Part shown: piece after piece, positions 39,530 to 53,149 of the stretch | How positions within the stretch are numbered: the first letter of the stretch is position 1 | Layout of the letters: each line of letters starts with the position of its first letter | DNA from: Eledone cirrhosa | Lineage: Eukaryota | Length of the DNA stretch: 64,000 nt | NCBI GenBank assembly: GCA_964016885.1 | Contig: OZ024743.1 | Coordinates: 56,172,001 to 56,236,000, forward strand | Direction: 5' to 3' | Position numbers and translations under genes: made by a program | Notes under the pieces: generated by a model | What the model was told of the DNA's origin: nothing | The model's database searches: none | The model's input: the letters and a program-made list of their open reading frames with translations, nothing else

Positions 39530-39609
<80 letters not shown>

Positions 39610-40104
39610 GGGGGGGAACAAGGAGGCAAAAGAAGCAAAAATAAGAAAAAGGTAAAACTTTTCTTTCCTATTGGAATATCTTGTTTATGTTTTGTAGATC
39701 CTTGACAATCTATTGCACCTCCAATCTCAGTAGCTTTTTTTAATTTTTTATAGACCAGCTTTAAAATGTTCTCTCTGTCTCAGACTGGTAGGTTTTACAT
39801 TAGAATTTAGATAGGAACCCTTTAAATAGGTAGTTTAGTTTCATAGAATCATGGGTGGTTTGAGGAGGTTTGCTATCAAAAAAGCATGATATACATTTGA
39901 TGCTTTTACTTACCACCATTTAAAAGGGAGCAGACAAAAAGTCAAACAACAAAAAACCAGAATGCTAATACCGGAAAAAAAGAAAGGCTGTTAACAACTC
40001 TATTTGTCGAAGTGTTACTCGATTTTAAAGAGAAAATATTATCAACTCGTGAGCAGAATTACTTGGCAATATTTTTGATTGATGATCGAAAATTGAATCA
40101 ATTT

Positions 40105-40492
<388 letters not shown>

Positions 40493-40887
40493 TTTTTGAT
40501 ATTTTGTTTTGTTTTTTGAAGAAATTTAGTTAATCAGATCAAAATGCACAATAGGTCTTACTGTTTACCAATCGCCTTGTTATTAACACATTGTTGCTCA
40601 AATTTACATTTTCATAATACGGCAATCGTGTAAGACTAACTTTCTTTTGCCTTTTGTTTTGTGTTGTTTTGTATAATTTTGTATTAGTTTAATATTTTTT
40701 AACATTTAAAAAAAAAATTCTTATCCCAACTGAAAATATGTTTAATAAAATAGCAAAATTTAAATATTTTTTAAAATTCACAACTTCTTTACCAAAGTTA
40801 TATTTCACCATTTTGTACTGAGAGACTAAAATTACAAATATGCGCGAAAAGCAAACAGTTTTTAATTCATTTTTACATACAAGGCGA

Positions 40888-41293
40888 TAGATTGGCAGTA
40901 TTTGTAAAGGGTCGGACGCCATGCTTTGCAGCATCGAGTTATGGCCCTTCGCGATCTGAGTTCAAATCTCACCGAAGTTAACTTTGCCTTTCATCCTTAC
41001 GGGGTCGATAAAATAAAGCACCAGTAACGTACTGGGGTTGATTTAATCGACTTTCCCCTTCCCCCAAATTACTGGCCTTATGCCTATACTAGGAATCATT
41101 ATTATTGGATTGGCAGTACCGGTAGAGAGTCGGACACCATGCTTTCCAGCATAGGGTTACGTCCCTTTGCGGTCTGAGTTCAAATCCCGCCGAGGTTAAC
41201 TTTGCCTTTCATCCTTACGGTGTCGATAAAATAAAGTACCAGTAATGCACTGGGATGATTGCTGGCCTTGTGCCAAAAGTAGAAACAATTATT
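40888..41293 (+). mobile_element. Two tandem tRNA-type SINEs of the dominant family (others at ~20330, 33725, 47430, 48665, 49460, 62150; minus ~57990-58135)
   Basis: TTGGCAGTA..GGTAGAG A-box region, GAGTTCAAATCCC B-box, CTTTGCCTTTCATCCTTACGGGGTCGATAAAATAAAGTACCAG core, (ATT)n tail. Confidence 0.85.
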
Positions 41294-41295
41294 AT

Positions 41296-44200
41296 TGGAA
41301 GTAGCGAATGCGTACATCGCGTCCGTCATCTACTACCGCCTGGCCGTCGTGCCTTGCCCCCGTCTGCGCCTCGCCATGTTGGAACGGCTCCTCTTCAACT
41401 TCTTGCGGAGGGGACAGGTCCCGTTGGTGAGGCGGTCTATCTGCTGCCACCACCCTCTACACAGAGGGCTGGGCATGCCGTGGCTAATGATGTGCAGACA
41501 TGCGCTGAGGCTGCGACATCTCCAAATATTCTGCCTAAATGGTGAACAGGTGTGGTCGCCGTTTGTCAGACGGAGCTGCAGACCTGGGTCAAGAAGAGAC
41601 CGAAACTGGTGACTGGTATCTGGATTGTTGCCAGGCACTCACTGCCAGGCACTCACTGCCAGGCGTGTAACGCGGTCAGTGGAACTTCCACTCTCGATTT
41701 CTATAGAGGATTAGTGGTGGACAAGTGCGACGACGCTCTCGGAGAGATTCTAAGCGTCGACGAGAACGAACTAGCCAGTCTTTTCCGGAGTACTTTCAAG
41801 CTGAGGACTATGGTAAATTTCCAGAAATCCCTCGCTTGGCAGTGCTACCGGGGAGCCCTGCCGGTTCGAGATAAACTCTATAGGCACGGTAGAGCTGTCA
41901 GATGGAGCTGTCCGAGATGCGCACAGAGCGACGAAACCATTTTGCACGCACTCGTCCAGTGCCCGTATATTGCTGAATATGGATTTATGTCGAACAGCTG
42001 TTATCACGTGTGGGATCAATCCGGCTATCGGCCGAGTCCATAGTGAGGATCTCCCCACCGCCTTCTTTTAGCCGGAAAGAGCAGACAATTTTCCTCTGTC
42101 TGATAGCTGTAGCGAAAGAGGTTGTGTGGTGGACGCGACTGAAAAGTCTGAAGACAGACACATTCCTCTTCGGCCAAGCCCTCGTCAACTTTTTCAAGTT
42201 TCACTTGAAAAGGAAGATAAAAGATGGGTGATTGCTGCGACGATGGCCCGTGTGAATGGGCCGACTCTGATCATCCGCCTGTAGGCTAGAAGGATGGAGG
42301 GAGAGAGGAGCACACTCCTAGGGTGCTCTTGGAGATGAGGGTGGGTTGGGATTTGTCATGTGCTATGCCCCCCCTATTGGGGAATTCTGTTGTTGATATT
42401 CTTTGTTAAACAACCTAAACCGCAAACAACCTAAACAAACACAAGAACAAATAAACACATAGACACCTGAAATTGCAGACACCACACCTACAACAAACAC
42501 AAACATACGCGAAACAACACCAACAAAACCATCACCACCACAGTCACCGAAATGAAAACAAATAAAACCACACCAATAACATAAAAAACTTCGTGCTATC
42601 AGAAGGGCCAATAAGAAATTGATGTCCTTCTTAGCACGAAGCGAGGATATTCAAATAGAGGGGAAGATCTTTGAATTGAGCGCATTTTGTACGCCAGAAG
42701 ATTTGTTTCTGGTGCGAATGTCGCTCGATTCCTACAAAGAAATTCGAGAGAGCTTTCCTCAGGACGTGGGAACCCCGAACGTGAAACTCACATCGAGACT
42801 TTTAAAGGGGTTCCCAAAAGAAACCCCACCAACCATGGAGGTCGAACCACCCGACCTTCACATGACCGCGAGAGGTAGGTAAACCTTCTCTCTCTTCTCT
42901 TTTAGTTTGAAGAATGGCCATATTAAGAGTAGGATGTTTAAATGTTCGTGGTCTGGGGTCACCCTAGAAGCAGGGTCGCCTGCTCAACGACCTCAGGTCT
43001 CTGGAAATGGATGTGATTGCCGTCAGCGAGACCAGGATTTCCGACACGCGCGCACTAACCCCCATTTTCGACGACTATCAGCTCTTCGCATCTGTTAGCA
43101 GGCCGAGAATAGGAGGTGGGGTAGCAGTGCTGTTTAGGAAAGGCCTAGATATCGAGGTAAGGTCGATCTACCCGGACGGTAATTTGGTGGTCCTGGATGT
43201 GAACAATAGTAAAGGTAGTGCCTTTAGACTGCTGGCCGTCTATGCCCCTACCGGGGCCAGATGACCGGACTTCTTTGGACGCATGGAAGCCTTTCTGGGT
43301 ACGTCTCACCCTTTACTATTAGCGGGGGACTGGAACAGCATCTTAGACGCACGCTGAGATTGTGTGGAAGTAGCTGATAGAAGCGGGGGTGGGGTACAAA
43401 AGCATCAAGCACCTAATCAGCCAGTTTCAACTGTCTGACAGGTACCGACTAGATTTCCCACAATGCGCCAGTGTGGCGTACACCAACCGCATAGGGTCAT
43501 CTAGATCGTATATAGACAGGATCTTCATTAGGAAAATAGATAGAAATATTGTAGGCTGCCCACTTTTTAAAACGGTCGCCTATACATATCACAAATTTGT
43601 GATTTGGTCGATCTAGATAAAGCGCGTAGGTTAGGACCAGGTCATTTCCGGCACGTAAGGCTTACAGGGACCGGGTCAACAATTTAGTTAAGCAAACGTT
43701 TACAAGGGGGATTGTCAACAACAGATGGTGGGGGTCTCTCAAAAAGAGATTAGAGCAACTTCGATAGGATTTAGCAAAGAAGTAGCGTTAGAGAAAAAGG
43801 GGAGCTGGTAGCTAAGTTAGACGGAGCTATTTGTTGTGGGATTGAAACAAACGTGCTAGCGGCGAGAATGGCAATGCGAAACACGAAGGTTGCATTGTCA
43901 GAGCTAAGGCGCGTGCTCTGAGAAACAAGGAAACCAAAGCTGTTCGATGGACCCGCGTGGCGGAGGAGCAGCGTGGTAATAAAACCACAATTCAGTCTTT
44001 GACGGACCGAGACGGAGACGAGATGAACGATTCCAAGCGGATGTGTGAGGGCTTTCGCCAGCACTTTGCTAGGTTGTTCGGGGAGAGTGGTATGTCAGAG
44101 ACAGTGGCGGACTTCAGTACCTACCTTAACGGCTTGCCACGCATCTCTACGGCCGACGTTGAGCGCTGCGAAAGGCCGAAACTCAGGATGCCCTTGTCGG

Positions 44201-45572
44201 CTGCACGAGACGCAAGTCACTCGGTTTGGATGGCCTGCCCTACGAGCTTTACGTAAATATGCCAGGCTTGTTCTCCGATCTCCTCGAAGCGCTCTACTGC
44301 AACTGGCAGCAGAATGGGAGTATTCCCAGTTCTGTGAGCAGGGGAGTGGTGACGCTGATAAGGAAAGACGAGAACAAGAGGGATACATTAGACAACTTCA
44401 GGCCCATAACTCTACTCAACACGGAGTTTAAAATTTTGGCCATCTCCACCTCATGCGAGACATCATAGCGAGGGTTGGGGTAAACCTGGCTTCGTTGGGG
44501 CACTGATCAATTTAGATCAATTGAAAGCATTCGATAGAGTCGACCATCGGTACCTGGAGGTATCGGACCAGACCTCCAGGTGGAAAAGAATTGGGATGAG
44601 GTAACGAGCAGGGTAGCCAGTCTCACCCAGATATGGGCTGTGAGGGAGCTATCACTGAAAAGTCGGACGGGGGTAGCGAATGCGTACATTGCGTCGGTCA
44701 TCTACTACCGCCTAACCGTCATGCCTTGCCCCCGTCCGCGCCTCGCCAAGTTGGAACGGTTCCTCTTCAAATTCTTGTAGAGGGGACAAGTCCTGTTGGT
44801 GAGGCGGTCCACCCTCTACGCGGAGGGCTGGGCAGCCGTGGCTAATCATGCGCAGACATGCGCTGAGGCTGCGACATCTGCCTAAACGGTGAACAGGTGT
44901 GGTCGCCGTTTATCAGACGGGCCTTTCCGCAGCTCGTCTCTTTGATTGAGCTGCAGTCCTGGGTCAAGAAGAGACCAAGACTGAGTGACAGGCATCTGGA
45001 ATGTTGCCAGGCACTCACTTCCCTCTACCAAGCGGGCAATGCGATCAGTGGAACTTCCACTCTCGAGTTCTATAGAGGATTAGTAGTGGGTTAGTGAGAC
45101 GATGCTCTCGGAGAGGCTCTGGGCTTCGACGAAGTCGAACTGACCAGTCTGTACCGGAGGACTTTCGAGCCGGGAACGATGGACAATTTCCAGAAATCCC
45201 TCGCTTTCCAGTGCTACCGGGAGGCACTGCCGGTTAGAGATAAACTCTACAGTACGGAGGTGCTGTCAGACGGACCTGACCATGCGCCTATAGGCTAGCT
45301 AATTTGAAAAGGGGGGTTCTCTCCCTGGGTGCCCTAGAAGCGCAGGGTGGTTCAGGATTGGTGGGGTACCTGAGTTACCCCTGGGTCCTCCACCCCCTAT
45401 AGGGGAATTTATTTTGTTATATTTATTCATAGTTTATTTTATATTTTAAATCTTCATTGTAAAATTAGTCTTGCCATTGTGCACTTTTACTCGACCTTTT
45501 TGTAAACCCCCACTGTCCCTGTCTTTGTATTGTCCCCTACATGTCGGCCCTTGTGGCCAATAAATGAAATCT
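41296..45572 (+). mobile_element. Decayed second Tx1 family: 3' fragment (41296-42410) followed by a longer internally deleted copy (ORF1 tail, ORF2 from 42914, 3' UTR)
   Basis: Fragments homologous to the intact ORF2 (VANAYIASVIYYRL, GLGMPWLMM, FQKSLAWQCYRGALPVR, DGLPYELY, NFRPITLLNTE) with many frameshifts; ends CCAATAAATGAAATC then (TTA)n. Confidence 0.9.
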
Positions 45573-45589
45573 TTATTATTATCATTATT

Positions 45590-45640
<51 letters not shown>

Positions 45641-46008
45641 ATCATCATCATCATCAGCAACCATTATCATCATCATCATTGTTATGGAGGTGGGGAGATT
45701 GATTGTCACTCATTGATATATTCATGAGACTCAATCACTTCTTGACAAATCTGAAGACATTAACAGCTAGTTAAATTTCTTTGCACATGAATTGAATCAG
45801 TAATCACATGCCATTGATTGCTTTTATTGTTGAGCGTGATGATGATCATGATGATGATGGGGATGATGATGGTGGTGGTGGTGGTATGGTAGATGATGAT
45901 GATGGTAGTGGTGGTGGTAGATGATGATGATGGTGAGATAGATGATGATGATGATCATGATGAAGGTGGTAGATGATGATGATGGTGAGGTAGATGATGG
46001 TGAGATAA

Positions 46009-46040
<32 letters not shown>

Positions 46041-46358
46041 GGTGGTTGATGATGATGATGATGATGATGGTGAGGTAGATGATGGTGTGGTAGATGATGG
46101 TGTGGTAGATGATGATGGTGGTGGTGGTGGTGGTGGTGGTGGTAGATGATGATGGTGGTGGTGATGATGATGGTGTGGTAGAGGATGATGATGGTGTTGG
46201 TGGTGGTGTGGTAGATGATGATGATGATGATGATGATGATGTGGTAGAGGATGATGGTGGTGGTGGTGGTGATGGTAGACAATGCTGTTGATGATAATAA
46301 TGATGATGATATAGTTGGTGTTTTTGACGATGATGATGACGTTTTTTGTTGTTGTTGT
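45573..46358. repeat. Compound trinucleotide repeats (TTA/TTG/ATC, then GAT/GGT)
   Basis: Direct inspection; source of poly-H/S/D/V pseudo-ORFs. Confidence 0.9.
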
Positions 46359-46757
46359 ACCTCCGTCGGTTCATCGGTTACGGTGATGAGGGTTCCAATT
46401 GATTCGATCAACGAAGGCGCATGCTCAAGAAATTAACATGCAAGTGGCTGAGCATTCCACGTGATACAGTACGTGACAAGATTGGTTCTTTAGACCTCAG
46501 ACCCAACTTATTTTTGCCAATCAAGTGGACTAGAATCACGTGAAATAAACTGCCTTGCTGAATGATACAACGAGTCGTCCGTTACGGGAATTCAACAAGC
46601 GATTTTTTAAAATAAAATTAGAAATAAAAATATTTAACATTTAAAATTGAATACACTGTTAAGCAACCTTGTCAAAATAGTAATACAAATATTTGGTTTG
46701 TAGCTACACAGTAGAGCAACACGATGCTAAGAACTAAAATGTATCGAATATATCTAT

Positions 46758-47059
46758 CTAGGGTGGGTAAAATTCCCGAGATCCATGGACGAGTTCTCTC
46801 AAGCGGTCTCTGTCCTTCATCATCGACACCATGTCCTGCGTATCCCAGAGATCAGTGTCTGTCCTTAGGGCATCAATATATGTTAACCTTGGTCTTCCAC
46901 TTCTAGTGTGTCCGTGTAGGAGCTCCCACAGGTCCACTGAGTGCAGTGTCAACTCTGTATGTCGGCGAGCATCATCCAGCTAAATTCATTCTCCTCTGTG
47001 TTATTTTCGAGCTGACCTTCGGGAGGCTCCCGTACAGCTCTGAGTTCTTCATCCTCAGT
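46758..47059 (-). mobile_element. Short 3' fragment of the same RTE family as 8870-9903
   Basis: LRMKNSELYGSLPKVSSK...GRPRLTYIDALRTDT...ELVHGSREFYPP* followed by ATAGATATAT. Confidence 0.9.
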
Positions 47060-48108
47060 GAGACCGAAAACGAACAATTTAAAAAAAAATAGGAAAGGAG
47101 ATAATCGTCAGATCGGATCGAGGAAACATTGTTTCCTTTGGTATTTATTTCCATTGCTGATAATCTCTGCCGGTCGTGGCAGATGAAGCAGCAACTTGAA
47201 ATAAAGGACAGATATATCTCACTCTACATCGTTTATCGGTTCCAGAAGTCAAGACTTAAGTCGAAAGACGATAAATGTCAAATTAACACCCCTATAAACC
47301 ACTAATAGGCATTTCGTACATTACATTAGGCTGTATATTTTAGAATTTATTTAAATATGATTTTATATGTTTTTATTTGGGGTTTACTAGTGTTTTTATG
47401 GTTTAATATTTTTGGCCGACCGAGGGCGGTGGATTGCCAGTATCGGTAGAGCGTCGGACATGCTTTATGACATAAGGTTTATGTCATAACGTCGGACATG
47501 CTTTACGATCTGAGTTCAAATCCTGCCGAGGTTAGCTTTGCCTTACATCCTTACGGGGTCGATAAAATAAAGTACCAGTAACGCATTTAATCGACTTTCC
47601 CACTTCCCAAAAATGGTGGGTCTTATGCCTAAATCAGCAACCAATATTTTGGGCAGACCGACGTAAGTTGAGTCAATTGATATAACACGAGGTTTACTTT
47701 TGCCATATGATATTAAGAGAAAAACGCCTTAACTTCGAAAATGCCGAAACTCAAAACGCCGTAACTCGAGGTACACTAGTATTTTGATCAGCAAAACAAT
47801 CCACCGCTTAGTCAGGGGAAAATCGAACCCGCAACCTCATAACCGTGAATCAAACACTTTAACCACTCGTCCATGCGCCTTCGATCAAACAAAGAACATT
47901 AAAATTCCAGTCTAATAAAATTAGAAATAAAAATATTTAACATTTAAAAACTGAATAAATAAACTGTTAAGCAAGCCTGTCAAAATAGTTTTTAAAAAAT
48001 AGAAAATATTTTGTTTAATGTTTATTTAACGATTAGATGCTGAATTATTTTGTAGCTTCATAACAGTTTCACCTCCATATAAACGTGTGTGGAATATCAT
48101 ACACACAC

Positions 48109-48145
<37 letters not shown>

Positions 48146-48978
48146 GACATACATACACACACATACACATCACATACACGCACACATACATACACACACA
48201 TACATACACACACGCACGCACACACACACATACATACACATACACACACACGCATACTCAAACACATACACACACACATACATAAACACACACACACATA
48301 CACGCACATACATATACAAACATATACACACACCTACATAGAAACACACATACATGCACACACACACACACACCTACATACACACATACACAAACATATA
48401 CACACATATACACACATACTTACATATACACACACACTTACATATACACACACATACATAACATATACACACGCACACGCACACACACCTACATACACAC
48501 ACATACATACACAAATACACACACACACATCTACAAGCTCACACCTATATATACACACACACACATATCTATATATACATACATTTGTTATTAAAATTAT
48601 TGTAATTATTATTATTTGGCAGTATCAAAACTGCTGGCCTTGTGCCTATATCAGAAACCATTATTTGGCAGTATCGGTGAGTTACGGCCCTTCGCGTTCT
48701 GAGTTCAAATCCCACCGAGGTTTACTTTATCTTTCATCCTTCAGGGGTCGATAAAATAAAGCACCAGTAACGTACTGGGGTCGATTTCATCAACTTTCTC
48801 ATTCCCCAAATTGTGCCTTGTGTCTATAGTAGAAAGCGTTATTGTTATTATCAATATTGTAGGATAGGATGTCCGAAGGTCAAATGTTGAGTATCCTATA
48901 ACGATATCTATACTCTACTTAAACGTGGAGTCCTAAATTGAATAACAGTCTTATTTAACATCTCTTTCATAAATATAG

Positions 48979-49039
<61 letters not shown>

Positions 49040-49133
49040 TAACAGATTAGCTCTAGGGTTCTTATATATTTGATATATATTTATCCTTATCGAGCCCTCT
49101 TTGGATTTTAGTCTTCAAATTTATTATTATTAC

Positions 49134-49250
<117 letters not shown>

Positions 49251-49298
49251 ATGATATTAATAAATGGAAACTATATTTATAAAACCATATTTATTCTA

Positions 49299-50846
49299 TC
49301 TATACTATAAAGCTGACGGCCGTATGTAGGTATCAAACATCCGCCAAACGGCTGGACCAAACAGCACCAAATTTGCACCATAGATGTAACTTTTTCCAAG
49401 TAAAAAAGTGAGGGAATTTTTGTCTACGGAATTTTGTTAAAAGATTAAAGACATTCGGTGAATTGGCAGTATGGGTAGAGGGTCGGACGCCATGCTTTCT
49501 AGCATAGTTACGTCTCTTTACAGTCTGAGTTCAAATCCCGCCGAGGTTAACTTTGCCTTTCATCCTTACGGGGTCGATAAAATAAAGTACCAGTAATGTA
49601 CTGGGTAATTGCTGGCCTTGTGCCTAAAGTAGAAACAATTATTTAAATATTCACTTCTTTAAAATTTCAGATGTCAACACTTCCTGTTATACGTCATTCC
49701 TCACTTTTTCTTATGATGTCTCACAACATTCCCCTCTTTTTCTTAGTCTTTCTTTTTAGATAGATACATAGCTATAACGTAGCGCCCTTATAAAATGTCT
49801 CTGTATGTCTGACTGTCTGCATTAGATAACGTTTTTCGAAATATTTACGTCTGCGTTCACAGACTGATTTTTTTAGTTACGGGTGAAGCAGCGATTCTTT
49901 GCTTAAACTTTAATGTTATTTTAATATATATATTCGTGTACAGATATTTTTGCATACACAAAAACAAAAACCTATTTATTTCACGAAAGCTCATTGTTAC
50001 TGTTCGAGGTTAGAGGACCACTCTTTCCAAGATCTGAGAACCATCAATGGCCATCAATGTTCCACTTACCGTTTGGCTTGCCAGATGCGTGGTATGTTAC
50101 ACTATGACAGCCATTGGCACCTCACCCTGCAAGAAGCAGCAACTGCTAAAGTCCCTTCTCAGCTGCGAAAACTTTTCGCCGACCCTCTCGCAATGTGGAA
50201 CAACCACCGCGAAAGTCTAGCTGAGGACATCCCCCACCGCACACGCAGACACAATCCGAACGTAACATACGATGTCGTTTTCAATGAGGCGCTCATTTGT
50301 CTTGGAAACAGTGTCCTGGAGATTGGTGGTTGGCCTCTAAGTCACTACAGCTTACCTGCTTCTGACAGGAGTGTCCAGAGGTCAAGGTCTACAGAGCTTC
50401 TTCGTGAGACGAGCTACGAAATCAGTGATTCTCCCATGGTCAATTGTATGTAGGATGCTCTCGGGTGAGCTCGCCAAACAATCTCTTCATCTTTTCTCCG
50501 GAGGGCCGAACAAAACATATTGTATACTCTGAGGCTCTAACAATGTAATTTAAATATTTTCTGTTACTTGGAATTTCCATTATGGTTCTACAAATTATTG
50601 TTTGTTAAAAAAGTTGTTCTCTGTTCAGCGTTTATTGTTGTAACTATCAATTTTCTTTAATGTACTGGCTACTGAACTGGGGAATCCTAAACACTATTCA
50701 AACCCAACATCAGAGCACGTAACCCCCCCCCCTCGTTGACCTGAGAGGGCGTGCGGTATCTTTGCACTGGAGTGGAGGGAGATTCCTGAAAATATAAAAT
50801 GCCGGTATACCTAGCCGAACGCCAGCCGAACGGGCCAGTGAGCTAT
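49299..50846 (+). mobile_element. Internally deleted Helitron containing a SINE and other inserts
   Basis: 5' A|TCTATACTATAAA; RepHel remnants SFQDLRTING..TYRLACQMRGML..W..TLQEAA..PSQLRKLF and FSHGQLYVGCSRV; 3' hairpin GCCaG-ccgaa-CGGGC followed by CTA. Confidence 0.8.
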
Positions 50847-51080
50847 ATATATTTCAAGGGTACCAAAACTTTGGTACGCCCTCATCAGATAAAATGCAAA
50901 GTTTATTTTATAAATATTGACATATCCAGGAACGAGACCTTAACGGTTCAAATTTTACCTATCCAGGTAAAACTTGAACCGTTAAGGTCTCGTTCCTGGA
51001 TATGTCAATATTTTTAAAACAAACTTTGTATTTTATCTGATGAGGGCGTACCAAAGTTTTGGTACCCTTGAAACATATAT
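50845..51080. repeat. ~236-bp near-perfect palindrome carrying a hammerhead core on each arm
   Basis: Centre ACCT-atcc-AGGT at 50957-50968; arms are reverse complements with few mismatches. Confidence 0.92.
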
Positions 51081-51086
51081 AATGGA
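51032..51086 (+). ncRNA. Type I hammerhead
   Basis: TTTAT CTGATGA GGGcGTACCAAA-gt-TTTGGTACCCTT GAAA (C/T)ATATA TA ATGGA, followed by ATAAA. Confidence 0.7.
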
Positions 51087-51454
51087 ATAAATATGGTTTT
51101 ATAAATATAGTTTCCATTTATTAATATCATTGATATTATACTCCAGAAAACCTGTCGAGTTCTTCGAATCAGTTATAAATATATATAATTGTTGAATTAC
51201 CAACAATTTAAATATCCCTTTGCTTATATATATATAGGAAAAGAATCAAGACCCCGACGGCAGAGCTCAAGCTGTTTCGACGGCTATTTCTGGACTAAAT
51301 TGGTCTAAATTGGTCTCAATTTAGTCCAGAAGTAGCCATCGAAACAGCTTGAGCTCTGCCATCGGGGTTTTGACTCTTTTCCTATTACCCACTCTACTAC
51401 CCAAAGTTCTCTGGTGCGTTATGGTCCCCCTGGTTCCTTACCACACTTCCTTCG

Positions 51455-51515
<61 letters not shown>

Positions 51516-51706
51516 AAAAGGTATGACGCCGACGGCAGAGCTCAAGCCGTTTCGACAGCTATTTCTGGACGTCCAGAAATAGCCGTCGAAACGGCTTGAG
51601 CTCTGCCATCGGGGTCATACATTTTCTTATTATCCACTCTACTACCCTAAGTATTGAATACTCTGGTGCGTTATGGTCCATCTGGTTCCTTACCACAATT
51701 CCTTCG

Positions 51707-51765
<59 letters not shown>

Positions 51766-52833
51766 TATACATATATATACATATAGATATAGATATTGAA
51801 AATTGCAAACTTGACTGTCACCACTGAATATGAACCTGAAGATTGCGAAAGCATGAAAGTACTTGTTCAATTAACATTTAACATTCTACCATAATATTTC
51901 ATTATAATATCATTATAATTCTAAAGGATTGTAAATAAAACGAGTAAATCAAAGTTGGAATTCCTTTTATTAATATAATCTACTATACACAATCATACAC
52001 ACCCGTTATATTTATATACATATATACACACACACACACATATATATATATGTAAATTCTGTAATATGTTTATATTTTTATAATTTTTGTAATGTTTAGA
52101 TAATATTTATTTATACCAATTGTATAAAAACTTGACCTCCGTCTGTTTTCTTACAACGGTATAGATATTTTTCCAGCACAATTTTTTCAACACAATTTAG
52201 TTCTGTATGATATTTTTTCTCACCCTGTGTGTAACTTTATATGATTTGTTAAGTTATATGCCAATATATTATAATATTGTTATTATAGTGTTATTGTAAT
52301 ACTTATATTGTTTGTGCAAATTGACCGGAGATTATAAATTATATAATTATATAGTATATTATATATTATATGTTTATTTTTACTCATTTCTTTATCATTT
52401 TATACTGTAAATAATATATGTATTATATTTTTATTTTTATTTTTATTTATATTTAAACTCTTAATAAGTGTTAGTTTGTGTTTGTATTGATGGATATGTG
52501 TATTGATATATATATATATATATATATGTACATATGTATATATATATATATGTATATTGGACCTTATAATATTATTATTATTATCATTATCAATTATATT
52601 ATATTATATTATATTATATTATATTATATTATATATAGTACTGTAATTCTCGCTTTATATCACCACTTGTGTTTAGTTTTAGTTTTTGCATTGTACTATA
52701 TTTGTAATATGGTTCAAAATGTTATTCACTTCCTTAGCAATTTTTACTTGATAATTTTCCTATGCTTTATTGTATGTATACTCCATATTCTTCTGAGTTT
52801 TTGGCTTGTATTGGCCGATAGTGCTTCTTATAG

Positions 52834-52887
52834 CTTTACTTGCCCTGATGAGTCCTTAATAGGACGAAACATTGTTGGCTAATAAAG
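52834..52887 (+). ncRNA. Type I minimal hammerhead ribozyme
   Basis: GCC CTGATGA GTCC-ttaata-GGAC GAAA C-att-G TT GGC; distal CTTTA/TAAAG pairing over AATAAA. Confidence 0.85.
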
Positions 52888-53057
52888 ACTTTTGATGTAT
52901 TGAAGGCTTCTTTGGTTTATTTTCATAAATATATATATATATATATATGAATGTATATATATATAGTGTATTTTGCAATACACTGTATACTTAATTAAAA
53001 GCATTTTGGAGACCTTACGCTATTGTTTTAAAGTATTGACTATGTCACTTACTTCTT

Positions 53058-53149
53058 TTTTCAGCAAACAAAGGGAGATAAGCTGACAGATCTCTGTTTC
53101 GTATTGTTGGTACTCCTCAGAGCTCACCACTCCCTTTGTTTGCTGAAAA
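53058..53149 (-). ncRNA. Type I hammerhead with a long perfect stem I extension
   Basis: Minus strand: TTTTCAGCAAACAAAGGGAG-tggtg-AGCT CTGAGGA GTA-ccaacaa-TAC GAAA CAGA-ga-TCTG TC AGCT-tat-CTCCCTTTGTTTGCTGAAAA. Confidence 0.88.

Larger units (their letters stand above)
34500..39530 (-). mobile_element. Near-intact Tx1-clade (L1 group) non-LTR retrotransposon inserted in (GATA)n
   Basis: Two uninterrupted ORFs; 3' UTR ending AATAAAAGAAACA; (TATC)n directly at both ends. Confidence 0.93.

Noticed and set aside
40888-41293. tRNA genes suggested by A/B boxes
   Set aside because: No cloverleaf; they continue into a shared SINE core and tail
42879-42905. 27-nt mini-intron fusing ORF1 and ORF2 of the decayed Tx1
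   Set aside because: Removal does not put ORF2 in frame and the length is implausibly short
45824-46436. His/Ser/Asp-rich ORFs
   Set aside because: Trinucleotide repeat expansion; no domain or splice evidence
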